A stretch of DNA of 64,000 nt from Candidatus Babeliales bacterium (GCA_963722075.1 CAVRJM010000001.1:608001-672000); one strand, 5' to 3'; counted from the first letter of the stretch, positions 10,658 through 20,382 are shown. Notes: a model not told the origin generated them from the letters alone. Program-made: numbers and translations.

Positions 10658-11560
10658 GTGAACATTACATTAAAAGTCTTTGTATTATGTTTTTTATGTT
10701 TAATAAACTCTTTAAGGGGAACTGGATCAATCGTTTACAATCTTAGAGTTACTGAAACCACCAAACGATCAATTTTTGAACAATTAAAAATAAAACCGAA
10801 TATTGCTATAGGAACTGCCTTTGATCAATTTAGAAAACGGGATTTTTTATCATTTCGAGAAAATTTAAGCGGCGCCATGTTTACTTATGTTTATATGCCC
10901 TGTTCATTTTATTTTAAAGTTGATTGGGCGTTGGGTAATAATGTGCAATGGACAAAACATTCTTCTCAATCTAAAACCCAACTTGATGATATTCTTTTTA
11001 GTTCGGGTTATGGATTTCAAGCAACTAAAAAAACAAACATGACCGTTTCTGCGCTTCTTGGCGTTCCAACTCATAAAGATCGCAGTTTAATGGAAGCACA
11101 ATTTGGTACAGGGCATCTTGGTTTAGGAGGGCAATTAGATGGCGCATATAAGTACGCCGAAAAACTATCACTTCGTTTTGCGGCACGTGGTATCCATTTT
11201 TTCAAGCGAACCACAAAGATACCTCTTGCTGATCTAGAGGAGCAATTTATTTTTGCATTAGGTAATTTAACCGATTTATTAATTAGTAATCATCTAAAAT
11301 ATAATAAACATAATGCTGAAATTGGCTATAATGCTTCATTTTTAACTAATGCCCATTTAACCCCCAACGAACCGGCAATTAGTAATCAAATTGATTACAT
11401 CCGTAGTGACTTCTATATTAGCTATGCCTATGGTTTTCTAATCCGCAATCATTTAAGCGGTTTCATCTTGGGCTTCTCTTATGGATTTGATCATCTGCCA
11501 AAAATGGTCGGGCTCAAACAGATTTTCACCGGATGGCTTTCCTGGGGAATAAATTTCTAA
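10658..11560 (+). CDS. Probable outer-membrane beta-barrel protein
   Basis: Signal peptide, alternating aromatic/polar strands, C-terminal LSWGINF (terminal Phe). Confidence 0.65.
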   Translation: MNITLKVFVLCFLCLINSLRGTGSIVYNLRVTETTKRSIFEQLKIKPNIAIGTAFDQFRKRDFLSFRENLSGAMFTYVYMPCSFYFKVDWALGNNVQWTKHSSQSKTQLDDILFSSGYGFQATKKTNMTVSALLGVPTHKDRSLMEAQFGTGHLGLGGQLDGAYKYAEKLSLRFAARGIHFFKRTTKIPLADLEEQFIFALGNLTDLLISNHLKYNKHNAEIGYNASFLTNAHLTPNEPAISNQIDYIRSDFYISYAYGFLIRNHLSGFILGFSYGFDHLPKMVGLKQIFTGWLSWGINF

Positions 11561-11576
11561 GAAAACCCATTCCCTC

Positions 11577-11823
11577 TTGTCATCCTGAGGAACGCGTCCG
11601 ACTTCGCCAAGGCTGGCTTCGCCGGATTTTGTGAGTAGCGTGTCTGTCCGGCGTAGTTGTTTACCTCCGCCATAGCTTTTTTAGCGGCGGCTGGATTAAA
11701 CGAAGAAGGAACGTCAGGATCCAGTTAAAAATAAAAATCAGAAAAAAATCACTTTAATTTATTAACACCAACGGAAAAAATAAATCACTGGATCCCTACG
11801 GCCTAAAGGCCTCAGGATGACAA
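11577..11823. repeat. Composite palindromic REP/MITE-like element
   Basis: Perfect terminal IR TTGTCATCCTGAGG (11577-11590)/CCTCAGGATGACAA (11810-11823); inner IR GGATCCAGT (11717)/ACTGGATCC (11787); GC-rich internal palindromes; between convergent genes. Confidence 0.8.
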
Positions 11824-11883
11824 AGGCTCTTCTGATTATTCCCATAATATGGTACACATAGGTTAGATATTAATTAGATTAGT

Positions 11884-12453
11884 TTATATAGGATAAAATT
11901 TAATAAATGATCTATAATATAAATAGGCTGAATAGAGAGAAAGAAATAAAGAAATAACTAAAAATAGATTCTCAACAAATATACTTTTACTACCAATCAA
12001 CAACGATCCATCAATAATAACGAGCGTAATATAAATGGTTTGAGCTACTGTCTTTAATTTACCAAACCAGGAAACCGGAATATCAAATCCGCGCTCCAGC
12101 GCTAGCATTCTTAATCCCATTACAAAAAATTCTCTGCCAATAAAGACAATAGCTATATAAAAAAAAAGCTTTTGAGCTGCTACTAATGCAATCAAGGTAG
12201 AAAACAATAAAAATTTATCTGCTAGCGGATCAAGTGCTTTTCCTAATGCCGTTACTTGATCATATTTACGAGCAAGATACCCATCAAAAAAATCGGTCAA
12301 GCTGAGTAAAATAAAACACAGTGCCAACAACAAATTAATAAAGAGAGAATTAAAAGGAATTAAATATACAAGTAATATTGGTAAAAATAACGGAGAAAAA
12401 ATAAGTCGAATTAATGTTAATGCTGTTGGTGTATTTAAAGAAGATAATTGCAT
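11884..12453 (-). CDS. pgsA: CDP-diacylglycerol--glycerol-3-phosphate 3-phosphatidyltransferase
   Basis: TDFFDGYLARKYDQVTALGKALDPLADK signature; GKLKTVAQ. Confidence 0.93.
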   Translation of the reverse strand: MQLSSLNTPTALTLIRLIFSPLFLPILLVYLIPFNSLFINLLLALCFILLSLTDFFDGYLARKYDQVTALGKALDPLADKFLLFSTLIALVAAQKLFFYIAIVFIGREFFVMGLRMLALERGFDIPVSWFGKLKTVAQTIYITLVIIDGSLLIGSKSIFVENLFLVISLFLSLYSAYLYYRSFIKFYPI

Positions 12454-12458
12454 ATAGA

Positions 12459-12535
12459 TGGTGGCGACGCAGGGACTCGAACCCCGGACCTACGGATTAT
12501 GATTCCGCCGCTCTAACCAGCTGAGCTACGTCGCC
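12459..12535 (-). tRNA. tRNA-Met (CAT), elongator type
   Basis: GGCGACGTAGCTCAGCTGGTTAGAGCGGCGGAATCATAATCCGTAGGTCCGGGGTTCGAGTCCCTGCGTCGCCACCA; G1-C72 paired; encoded CCA. Confidence 0.9.
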
Positions 12536-12558
12536 ATTTACCTTTATAAATCGTTAAT

Positions 12559-14142
12559 TTAAATTTTTATTGTTTGCATACCTATAGTATAAAGGAAAAA
12601 GTTAAAAATGGAACGCAAAAAGAACAATCCAGTGATTAAAGTTGCAATAATACCGACCATCAAGGTTAATGCAAAGCCTTGAATCGGTCCTGATCCAAAT
12701 TTGTATAAAACTATACCAACAATAAACGTAGTTATATTTGAATCTAGAATAACTTCCATAGCATCAGAAAAACCACTTTGTACTGCTTTTTTAGTAGGAG
12801 TTCCTGCAGCAAGTTCTTCTTTAATGCGCTCATAAATTAAAATTGACGCATCAATTGCCATCCCTATAGTAAGCACCATACCCGCAATACCCGGCAATGT
12901 TAAGGTTGCTTTAAGCCATCCAAGAACCAATAAAATAAGCAGTAGGTTAAAGAGCAAAGCCATCACGGCAAAAATACCAGCAACTTTATAAAACAAAACA
13001 CTAAATACAGAGAGTAGTAACAAGCCAACAGCGCATGCAATAAGCCCTTGCCTAATTGATTCTTGCCCAAGAGAAGGCCCAATACGGCGTTCTTCTTCAA
13101 AGGTAACGGGTGCTACAAAGGCACCAGATTTTAATAATAGTGCTAATTCAGTAGCACTTTCAGGAGTAAAATTACCATGAATATACCCACTTGCACCAAT
13201 GGGAGTTGATACACGCGGTGCAGATACCACAACGCCATCAACTATCATAGCTATATTGCGATTAAAATTTTTACGGGTTAATTCATAAAATTTTTCACCG
13301 CCCTCAGGGTTAAATACGAAATTTACGACCACTTCAGTTTGCAACTGCCCACCAAAGCCGGTATATGCATCTTTTAATAAGCGCCCCGTTAAATCGGTAT
13401 GCGATGGCACTAAATAGTAATGCTTACCACGGCCTTCATCGCCGCTCATTCCCGGCACAATAATCATACCTTCAGGAAGTTCGCCATCATAGGCATCAAG
13501 AATTTCTTCAGGGCTGCTTCCTTCACGCTCAACTAATTTCACTTCTAATAATGCTGGTTTGCCAATCATTTCTTTTGCTTTTTGCGGGTCATCTATATCA
13601 GGAAGTTCAACAATAATATTTTTTTCGCCTTGTGCCGAAATAGGAATTTCGCCAACACCTAAGCTATCTAAACGTGTTCTTAATACTTCAATATTGCCCT
13701 TAACAGCATTATCAGCTATTCGCTTAGCAATTGCTTCCTTAAAGCTTACCTTTACCGTATCGCCTTCCACTTCTGCATTTAATTCAGATTCTTGTCGTTT
13801 AATAACGCTTTGTACTGCCTGCGCTTCAGATGGATTTGCAAATTTAAGGCGTGCTTCGTTTTTCTCTATTACTTGTGATATAGGAGCAAAATTGAGTTCT
13901 TTTTCAAATTTCTTTGCTAACGATGAAACTTTATCAGTTAAATCAGTTTCGATTGCTTTATCAGTTTGCACACCTAAGGTAATGTAGGTTCCGCCTACTA
14001 AATCGATGCCAAATTTTACCCGATCCTGGCGTAACTTTAATTTTCCATTCTCAAAGGTAAATAGGTAAAAAAGAATAGCGACTGCGCCAACCGTCCATAC
14101 CACAAAACTGGAGCGTGCTAATGATTTAATTGATAAATCCAT
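12559..14142 (-). CDS. secD: Protein translocase subunit SecD
   Basis: FGIDLVGG, IIVELP, IGPSLG, LTLPGIAG, GMAIDASILIYERIKEE. Confidence 0.95.
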   Translation of the reverse strand: MDLSIKSLARSSFVVWTVGAVAILFYLFTFENGKLKLRQDRVKFGIDLVGGTYITLGVQTDKAIETDLTDKVSSLAKKFEKELNFAPISQVIEKNEARLKFANPSEAQAVQSVIKRQESELNAEVEGDTVKVSFKEAIAKRIADNAVKGNIEVLRTRLDSLGVGEIPISAQGEKNIIVELPDIDDPQKAKEMIGKPALLEVKLVEREGSSPEEILDAYDGELPEGMIIVPGMSGDEGRGKHYYLVPSHTDLTGRLLKDAYTGFGGQLQTEVVVNFVFNPEGGEKFYELTRKNFNRNIAMIVDGVVVSAPRVSTPIGASGYIHGNFTPESATELALLLKSGAFVAPVTFEEERRIGPSLGQESIRQGLIACAVGLLLLSVFSVLFYKVAGIFAVMALLFNLLLILLVLGWLKATLTLPGIAGMVLTIGMAIDASILIYERIKEELAAGTPTKKAVQSGFSDAMEVILDSNITTFIVGIVLYKFGSGPIQGFALTLMVGIIATLITGLFFLRSIFNFFLYTIGMQTIKI

Positions 14143-14265
14143 AATTTGTTTTCCTTTAATATGTATATTTATTCAATCCTACTCTGTAAATTTTTATTAT
14201 TTTCTTATCCAGCCTTATTGATAATATAATAAACTGGCCAGCCAGTCATTTCTCTTAGAAATGCC

Positions 14266-14352
14266 TGGTGCGGAAGAGGGGACTCGAACCCCTACAGGAT
14301 TTCTCCCACAGCCCCCTCAAAGCTGCGTGTCTGCCAATTTCACCACTTCCGC
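14266..14352 (-). tRNA. tRNA-Leu (GAG)
   Basis: GCGGAAGTGGTGAAATTGGCAGACACGCAGCTTTGAGGGGGCTG... long variable arm ...GGTTCGAGTCCCCTCTTCCGCACCA. Confidence 0.93.
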
Positions 14353-14411
14353 TTGAAAATGGTTTATTTTGTTCAAAATGTATCAGATTTAATGGGCTTT
14401 ATCAAATTTAG

Positions 14412-14455
14412 TTCATAAAAAAGGGCCTTCAGAATTGAAAGCCCTTTTTTATGAA
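14412..14455. terminator. Intrinsic (bidirectional) terminator
   Basis: TTCATAAAAAAGGGC...GCCCTTTTTTATGAA inverted repeat just after the 14462 stop codon. Confidence 0.8.
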
Positions 14456-14461
14456 TAGCTA

Positions 14462-15001
14462 TTATGAATTGCCTAATTTATAACCACCCGAAGTCCTAGA
14501 AGAGCTTGAACTGGAAGCCATAAGAGATTTTATCCATCCTTTTATAAAATTATTATACATATTATGCATTAAACGGAGACCTACGTAACTACCCACCGCT
14601 ATTTTATCCAAACTTAACGTACGATCCATATAGGTACTGTAGGCTAAGTAACTGGTTGCAAATGAAGTCTTTCCTACCGTCGCTCTTAATATATGCATAA
14701 ATTTAATAAATGGATTTTGAGAATAACACATATAAGGTTCTGCAGTATTATGAATCTCATGGTATGTACTTAGCATACTTAACGCCCATCCTGCTGATAA
14801 TATAATTCCCATATCCTTATTTAGGGATAATAAATTATTATTTTTATGATAGATATTATAAGCGCCTATTAATCCTAAACTAGTCAATGTATTTGAGGTA
14901 AATTGACGATCGAAACATTTTAAATTTTCACCTAAACTCATTGAATAATTAGTAAATACTTTTCCTAAGCACAATAGTGTTAATATCATTTTATATTTCA
15001 T
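14462..15001 (-). CDS. Hypothetical membrane/secreted protein
   Basis: Signal peptide ending NYS-M, several hydrophobic segments, Ser-rich tail. Confidence 0.65.
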   Translation of the reverse strand: MKYKMILTLLCLGKVFTNYSMSLGENLKCFDRQFTSNTLTSLGLIGAYNIYHKNNNLLSLNKDMGIILSAGWALSMLSTYHEIHNTAEPYMCYSQNPFIKFMHILRATVGKTSFATSYLAYSTYMDRTLSLDKIAVGSYVGLRLMHNMYNNFIKGWIKSLMASSSSSSRTSGGYKLGNS

Positions 15002-15527
15002 AATATCCTTTAATATTTTTAATTTTCTTCTTCTTCAGAGCCTTCATCAGAATCTGTTCAGTTTCTCCTTCTTGACAATATTGAGATCTGTAGTTTTTTG
15101 ATAATTCGTATAAAATACCCCCGCCCACTAACATTGATCCTAACGGATTATCTTTTATGGTATTTCGATGAAATAATAATGTATGAGCGGCTATAATACT
15201 AAGAAAAGAATTTTCATAAATAGTTTTCGCTATAAAATTATTAGTTATAAAATTTTTTGGACCCTTTATAGAAAATATATTTGTTATAAAGGAGCTCAAC
15301 ATACAGCTGCCCCATATGGCTGTCCAAAACGTATTTTCTCTAATTGCTTCTCTATCACATATTAAATAATAAAGTCCAATTGCACTTGGTATTGGATTCC
15401 CTACAATAGTTCCCGTAATACCATTCATAATGGCGCTTGGTACTTTCTTTAGATCTTTAAATGACATCCCCGATGCATGAGTTCCCATCAAAGCAGTAAG
15501 TAATAATAAATTACGTAGTAAATTCAT
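14991..15527 (-). CDS. Hypothetical membrane/secreted protein with internal duplication
   Basis: Signal peptide ending ASG-M; two similar helical-hairpin units; overlaps next gene. Confidence 0.65.
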   Translation of the reverse strand: MNLLRNLLLLTALMGTHASGMSFKDLKKVPSAIMNGITGTIVGNPIPSAIGLYYLICDREAIRENTFWTAIWGSCMLSSFITNIFSIKGPKNFITNNFIAKTIYENSFLSIIAAHTLLFHRNTIKDNPLGSMLVGGGILYELSKNYRSQYCQEGETEQILMKALKKKKIKNIKGYYEI

Positions 15528-15547
15528 CTTTTTCCTAATTTTTATCT

Positions 15548-17080
15548 TTATTTCTTTTTAACTTCTTGAGCTTCTAATTCTTTTTTAGTCTTTTCTTGTT
15601 GTACTTTTTCCTGTTCGGCTTCAGTTGGCGTTAACTTTTTAGGCTCAACCTTTTTAGTTACAAAAAAGCTCATTACATAATCCCAGGTGCTCGTAATAAT
15701 AGAAAGCGGATAGGTCCAAATCATGCTTACATAATCATACCATCCGCTGGTTTTAACGGCAGCCGCAGCTTTTTTTGCTGCCGCTTCTTTCTTTTCAGCT
15801 TCAGTTTCTGCTTTAATTCCCATTTGTTCTTGCCGCCTTTTTTTGCGTGCCAATTTTTCTGCTTTTTTAATTTTCTTTACTTCTGCAAGCAGATTAATAC
15901 CTTTTGCATCCAAATCTTTAATTGATGCTTCAACTTTATCCATGCTTTGACGCAAATTATTGATAATGCTATTAAAGTAGGTTGATAAATCTCCTTTTAA
16001 ATAGCGTAAAATTTCTTGCATATTTTTTAGCAATGATTCAGTCTGCAGATATAATTCTTCAGCTTTTTCATCACTGAGCACTTTCTTAATTGTTTGAAAA
16101 TTTTTCCAGGCACGTGTTTGATAACTATTACTAGTATCGATCTCTTTTTCTAGCTGCATTATCGTATCATCTAATGAAGCATCTAAATCAGTAATTGATC
16201 GGACCGTAGTACGCAGGTTTTTTAACTCAGTTATTTTAGTTTCAATAGCCGCTAAAACTTGTCGTTCCTCTTCAGTTAGGTCGCCTTCTTCCTTGCGCTG
16301 TCCTTTAAGATCCTGTACTAAGGTAGTTAAGAGCTTATTTAAATCACCCAGCTCAAATCCGATTTTATTTGAGAAAAGATCAAAAGTGCGATCAATTTTA
16401 TTTCGTTTAACTAAGTAATCGATACGGCTTTCTAAAATTTTAGTAAAGACATCTTTTATCTTTTCAATAACATCCATTGTTTTTTCAAGTGCTTGACGCT
16501 TTAAAAGCCAATTACCACCCTCTTGCTCGTAGGTATCGATTCCTTCTTCTTCAAACGTAGGTGCCGGTTTTGCAAGCACTTTTGCAACTTCTTGCTTTGC
16601 CGCTTTTTCCTGCTCTTGTGCAGTAGGTTCTTTTTCAACGGGAGCCGCTGGTATTTCGGCTTTTTTCGTTTCTTCTTTATGAACTATAGGATGTTCTGGC
16701 GTAGTAGGTTTAGGTGTAGGGGTAAGGGGTTTTGTAGGAGTAATAAGATGCTCAATCGTTTTTGCTTCAATTGCATGCGTCGGCGTTTCCATATGAGTAA
16801 CCGCTGCTTTTGCTGGAGTTACCGCAGAAGCCTCTCCATGTTCTGGCGCTGCTGCTTCGCTCACTGGATGGGTTGCAGGTGCCATTGCCGAAGGGGTAGT
16901 TACACTTTCCCTTTCCCCCATAGGATGTGTTGGCGTAGTAATAGTAGCTAATGGCGCAACAACTGATGGTTTAGCAGCCTCAGTTGTTAGTTGCGCCTGT
17001 GCACATTGAACAGTTCCTAAATGAATACCAATATTAATTAATAAACAATATACTAAACACCAAAATACCGTTTGTTTCAT
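15548..17080 (-). CDS. Secreted protein with Pro/Thr/Ala/Glu-rich stalk and long coiled coil
   Basis: Signal peptide; low-complexity residues ~30-175; heptad-rich core; aromatic amphipathic segment WYDYVSMIWTYPLSIITSTWDYV near C-terminus. Confidence 0.75.
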   Translation of the reverse strand: MKQTVFWCLVYCLLINIGIHLGTVQCAQAQLTTEAAKPSVVAPLATITTPTHPMGERESVTTPSAMAPATHPVSEAAAPEHGEASAVTPAKAAVTHMETPTHAIEAKTIEHLITPTKPLTPTPKPTTPEHPIVHKEETKKAEIPAAPVEKEPTAQEQEKAAKQEVAKVLAKPAPTFEEEGIDTYEQEGGNWLLKRQALEKTMDVIEKIKDVFTKILESRIDYLVKRNKIDRTFDLFSNKIGFELGDLNKLLTTLVQDLKGQRKEEGDLTEEERQVLAAIETKITELKNLRTTVRSITDLDASLDDTIMQLEKEIDTSNSYQTRAWKNFQTIKKVLSDEKAEELYLQTESLLKNMQEILRYLKGDLSTYFNSIINNLRQSMDKVEASIKDLDAKGINLLAEVKKIKKAEKLARKKRRQEQMGIKAETEAEKKEAAAKKAAAAVKTSGWYDYVSMIWTYPLSIITSTWDYVMSFFVTKKVEPKKLTPTEAEQEKVQQEKTKKELEAQEVKKK

Positions 17081-17104
17081 AAACTACCTTTATCATTCTT
17101 AAGA

Positions 17105-17563
17105 TTAAAGACTTTTAGATAACTCTTTTAATTCATTAAGTAAATTTTTAGAAAGTTCCTCAGCTTCCCAAGAGGTATAACTCCACTGAACTCCTTTATC
17201 AACACGCGTTAATAATGAACGATCACTTTTAATGTCAATAATATCAATACGAACAACATTCATTAACGGATGCACCGAAGAAGGAGCCCGAACAACACCT
17301 GCCCTTCCTAAAACACTATATGCGGTATTATTTTCCTCCAAAAAACAGAGCATAACTTTTTTCTGCCATACCATATTATGGTACCCCGTATGTTCTTTAT
17401 GAATCGAAATTAAAATACTTTCCAACCCTTTTGGATACACACAATGAATCGGTGTTGTATGCGGAAGTCCTTTTTCAGAGAATGTTGCTAAAACACCTAC
17501 CGGCGCTTTTTTTAGTACTGCAATTAAATCATCAGGAAGTTTAACACCAACATGTTTGGCCAT
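17105..17563 (-). CDS. Pyridoxamine 5'-phosphate oxidase-like FMN-binding split-barrel protein
   Basis: GVLATFSEKGLPH, T.HNM...KVML pattern; start at ATG 17563 behind AAGGA. Confidence 0.65.
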   Translation of the reverse strand: MAKHVGVKLPDDLIAVLKKAPVGVLATFSEKGLPHTTPIHCVYPKGLESILISIHKEHTGYHNMVWQKKVMLCFLEENNTAYSVLGRAGVVRAPSSVHPLMNVVRIDIIDIKSDRSLLTRVDKGVQWSYTSWEAEELSKNLLNELKELSKSL

Positions 17564-17649
17564 GAATATATCCTTTAAATAAAAATAATACAAAATTATA
17601 ACGACAAACAAAATTAACCTAAAGATACCTTCTTAGTGTACCAGCATTG

Positions 17650-18150
17650 TCAAGAGGCACCTCTTTTATATTCAGTAGGGATAGAATTTTTAATAATTCG
17701 AATTGAGCGAGCTATATCTTCATCAATTTGAGTTTTATCTACGGGTTGATGGGCAAATTTAATTACTATAGCGCCTTTAAAAATTTTTTCTAAGTCAGAT
17801 TCAAGAATGTCAGGTAGCAAATTCTGCTTAAAATGACTAATAATCTCTTCTTCTGTTTTGCTAAAAAAATCAGAGCTATATCGCTGTGTTAGATATTTTT
17901 TTATTATGGTAGTCAATTGTGCATAAAAAATATGATTTTCAAGGTTTGCTGTTTTTTTTAATGCTTCTACCTCTATCAATGCATGATACCAACACGGCTT
18001 TTGGCGATGCCTATTTCTTAAAAATAAGTATATTGCTATAACTGCTATTACTACAATAATAGCACCTGCGCCAATAATGGTATAATATCGTACCAACCAC
18101 GAAGGCTCATACCAAAGGTCATAGGGGTGATAAAGTTCTATTTCAGTCAT
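17650..18150 (-). CDS. Bat/MoxR-system membrane protein (DUF4381-like)
   Basis: Single TM, then A...L, FYAQLTTIIKKYL..RY, KTEEE, KFA; follows DUF58 gene. Confidence 0.6.
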   Translation of the reverse strand: MTEIELYHPYDLWYEPSWLVRYYTIIGAGAIIVVIAVIAIYLFLRNRHRQKPCWYHALIEVEALKKTANLENHIFYAQLTTIIKKYLTQRYSSDFFSKTEEEIISHFKQNLLPDILESDLEKIFKGAIVIKFAHQPVDKTQIDEDIARSIRIIKNSIPTEYKRGAS

Positions 18151-18165
18151 TATAGTCCCTAAATA

Positions 18166-19029
18166 TTAATGTAAAAGACGGCGCGCAAAGAAAGATATTA
18201 ATTTATCAATATAAGAAAAATTAAGCGAGATATCAAAAAAATCTATCCCGCTCTTTTTAAATTGGCTATCTTGTTTTTTAATGCGTTGTTCAAGAAAGTT
18301 ATTAATTTCCCTATTATTTTTTAAGTTAAGTAAAAATCGCCCCTCATGTTCAGGATCCTGAACATGAATATAGCCGATCGGTGCGATAGCCTTCTCGTAC
18401 TTATCAAGACATCGAATTATTACCATATCATAGCGCTCACTTACTAATACTAATTCTTTTTTATGCATTGGATTAATAAAATCAGAAATAAAAAATAGTA
18501 AGGTATCTTTCTTACTTTTTTGAGCTAAGAAATCAAATACCATTTTAATATTGGTACCCCGCGCATTTGGTGTATGGCTCCAAATTTTTTGTATTATTAC
18601 ATTAATATGTGATTTGCCTGCCTTTGGTGGTATATATAATTCAATATGATCGGAAAAAAGCAATAAGCCGACATATGCTTTTGAGTATTCCCCCGCAAGC
18701 GCTAATACCGTGGCTACTTGCTGAATAATCTCTTTTTTTAATTCTTTTTGCGAACTAAAAATGGTGGATGCAGATATATCAATGGCAACTAAGATAGTTC
18801 TGGTATGCTCGTGAATATATTCTTTAATGACCATTTTGTTAAGGCGTCCCGTGCTTTTCCAATCCATAAATCTGATATCATCGCCCAATTGATAGTCACG
18901 AAGCTGATCAAATTCTAATCCATATCCTTTATGGGCTGAACGATACTCACCCGTCAAGAAACCATTCAAACGCTTTTTTACCAGCAATTGTAATAAACAA
19001 ATCTTTTTTTGTATTTCTGGAGAAATCAT
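18166..19029 (-). CDS. DUF58 / vWA-like MoxR partner
   Basis: GEYRSAHKGYGLEFDQLRDYQLGDDIRFMDWK, DISAS, FISDF. Confidence 0.9.
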   Translation of the reverse strand: MISPEIQKKICLLQLLVKKRLNGFLTGEYRSAHKGYGLEFDQLRDYQLGDDIRFMDWKSTGRLNKMVIKEYIHEHTRTILVAIDISASTIFSSQKELKKEIIQQVATVLALAGEYSKAYVGLLLFSDHIELYIPPKAGKSHINVIIQKIWSHTPNARGTNIKMVFDFLAQKSKKDTLLFFISDFINPMHKKELVLVSERYDMVIIRCLDKYEKAIAPIGYIHVQDPEHEGRFLLNLKNNREINNFLEQRIKKQDSQFKKSGIDFFDISLNFSYIDKLISFFARRLLH

Positions 19030-19039
19030 AGATTACTCG

Positions 19040-20272
19040 TTATAAAAGCCACGGTTTTAATACATCGGGTATCTTTATTGAGCCATCAGGTTGCTGAAAT
19101 GTTTCCATAATCGCTGCCATTAATCGCGGTAGCGCTAATGAAGATGCATTAAGGGTATGAACCAACGTAGTTTTACTGGTCACTTCTTTTTTATAACGCA
19201 TTGCACCGCGCCGTGCTTGAAAATCAGTACAATTACTACAAGAAGAAACTTCCATGTAACGATTTTGGCCTGGTAGCCATACCTCAATATCATACGTTTT
19301 TGCCGAAGGGAAAGAACAATCTTGCGCTGCTAATAGGCTTATTCGATAATGCAAATTAAGTTTTTGTAATAATTCCTGTGCGCAATCTACCATTTTAGTA
19401 AGTTCATTATCAGATTCATCAGGCACACAATAGGTATATAATTCAACTTTTTCAAATTGGTGAATCCGTATTAATCCTCGCTCAGCGGCACCATACCCGC
19501 CAGCTTCGCGTCTAAAGCAACTGGTTGGAGCAGTCAGGCGAATTGGCAATTGATCAGCAGAGAAAATAGTATCTCTGTATAAATTTGCCAAACTAACTTC
19601 TGAGGTAGGGATCAAAAATAAATTATCATGCGCTACGGCATAAACATCATCATAAAATTTGGGGAAATTCCCCGCAACTTCAAGTGATTTTTCATTAACT
19701 AAGTAAGGTGGTAATACAAAAGAAAAGCCATGCGATTCATTATGCTTAAGCATAAACATCACTAAAGCATAAATGAGTTTTACTGCTTGGCCTTTATAGA
19801 GAACAAAATTATTACCAGCAATCATTGCTGCTGCATGAAAATCAAACCAACCAAGCGCTGTGCCTAATTCAACATGATGTTTAATTTCGAAATCAAATAC
19901 GGGCTTTTTACCAACCTCTTTTACCACTTTATTAGCTTCTTTTGCCCCTTCCGGGATCTCAGGTAATGGTATATTGGGGCAACGCAAATATAATTTTTTA
20001 AATTCTTCTTGCGTAGCAAGCAGTGTATGCTCTTGCTCTTTTAGTTCTTTTCCAATAGTAATTGATTTCTCACGCAATTCTTGGGTAACGGCAGCTTTAC
20101 CTTGCTTTGCAAGCTCATTTTTTTGATGACGTAATTCTTCAACCCTTTTAGTGAGTATTCGAACCTCTTTTTCTAGTTCAATAAAATGATCAGAAGGGAA
20201 TGTAGGATCTTTTTTTTTAATAAGACTTTTAAATTGTTCAGGATGTTCATGCACCAAAGATAAATCTATCAT
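19040..20272 (-). CDS. serS: Seryl-tRNA synthetase
   Basis: LIPTSE, CFRREAG, GLIRIHQFEKVE, EVSSCSNCTDFQARR, HTLNAS. Confidence 0.97.
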   Translation of the reverse strand: MIDLSLVHEHPEQFKSLIKKKDPTFPSDHFIELEKEVRILTKRVEELRHQKNELAKQGKAAVTQELREKSITIGKELKEQEHTLLATQEEFKKLYLRCPNIPLPEIPEGAKEANKVVKEVGKKPVFDFEIKHHVELGTALGWFDFHAAAMIAGNNFVLYKGQAVKLIYALVMFMLKHNESHGFSFVLPPYLVNEKSLEVAGNFPKFYDDVYAVAHDNLFLIPTSEVSLANLYRDTIFSADQLPIRLTAPTSCFRREAGGYGAAERGLIRIHQFEKVELYTYCVPDESDNELTKMVDCAQELLQKLNLHYRISLLAAQDCSFPSAKTYDIEVWLPGQNRYMEVSSCSNCTDFQARRGAMRYKKEVTSKTTLVHTLNASSLALPRLMAAIMETFQQPDGSIKIPDVLKPWLL

Positions 20273-20357
20273 ATATTCTCTCAAAACGTGGTAACTAGTA
20301 ATGATAAATCGGTATTATTTACCTTAACCTTAGCGTAAAAAAACTATTTTGAAAAGC

Positions 20358-20382
20358 AAAAAGGATCGGAAATCCGATCCTT
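20358..20382 (-). terminator. Intrinsic terminator of hup
   Basis: AAGGATCGGA-AA-TCCGATCCTT hairpin with T run on minus strand. Confidence 0.7.

Noticed and set aside
11577..11823. GC-rich intergenic block as RNase P RNA, SRP RNA or tmRNA
   Set aside because: No GAGGAAAGTCC, SRP GGAA-loop helix or tRNA-like ends were seen; terminal IRs and a related copy at 63.9 kb favour a repeat element.
12459..14352. tRNA genes as integration sites of a genomic island
   Set aside because: No duplicated tRNA 3' ends or integrase were found in the window.
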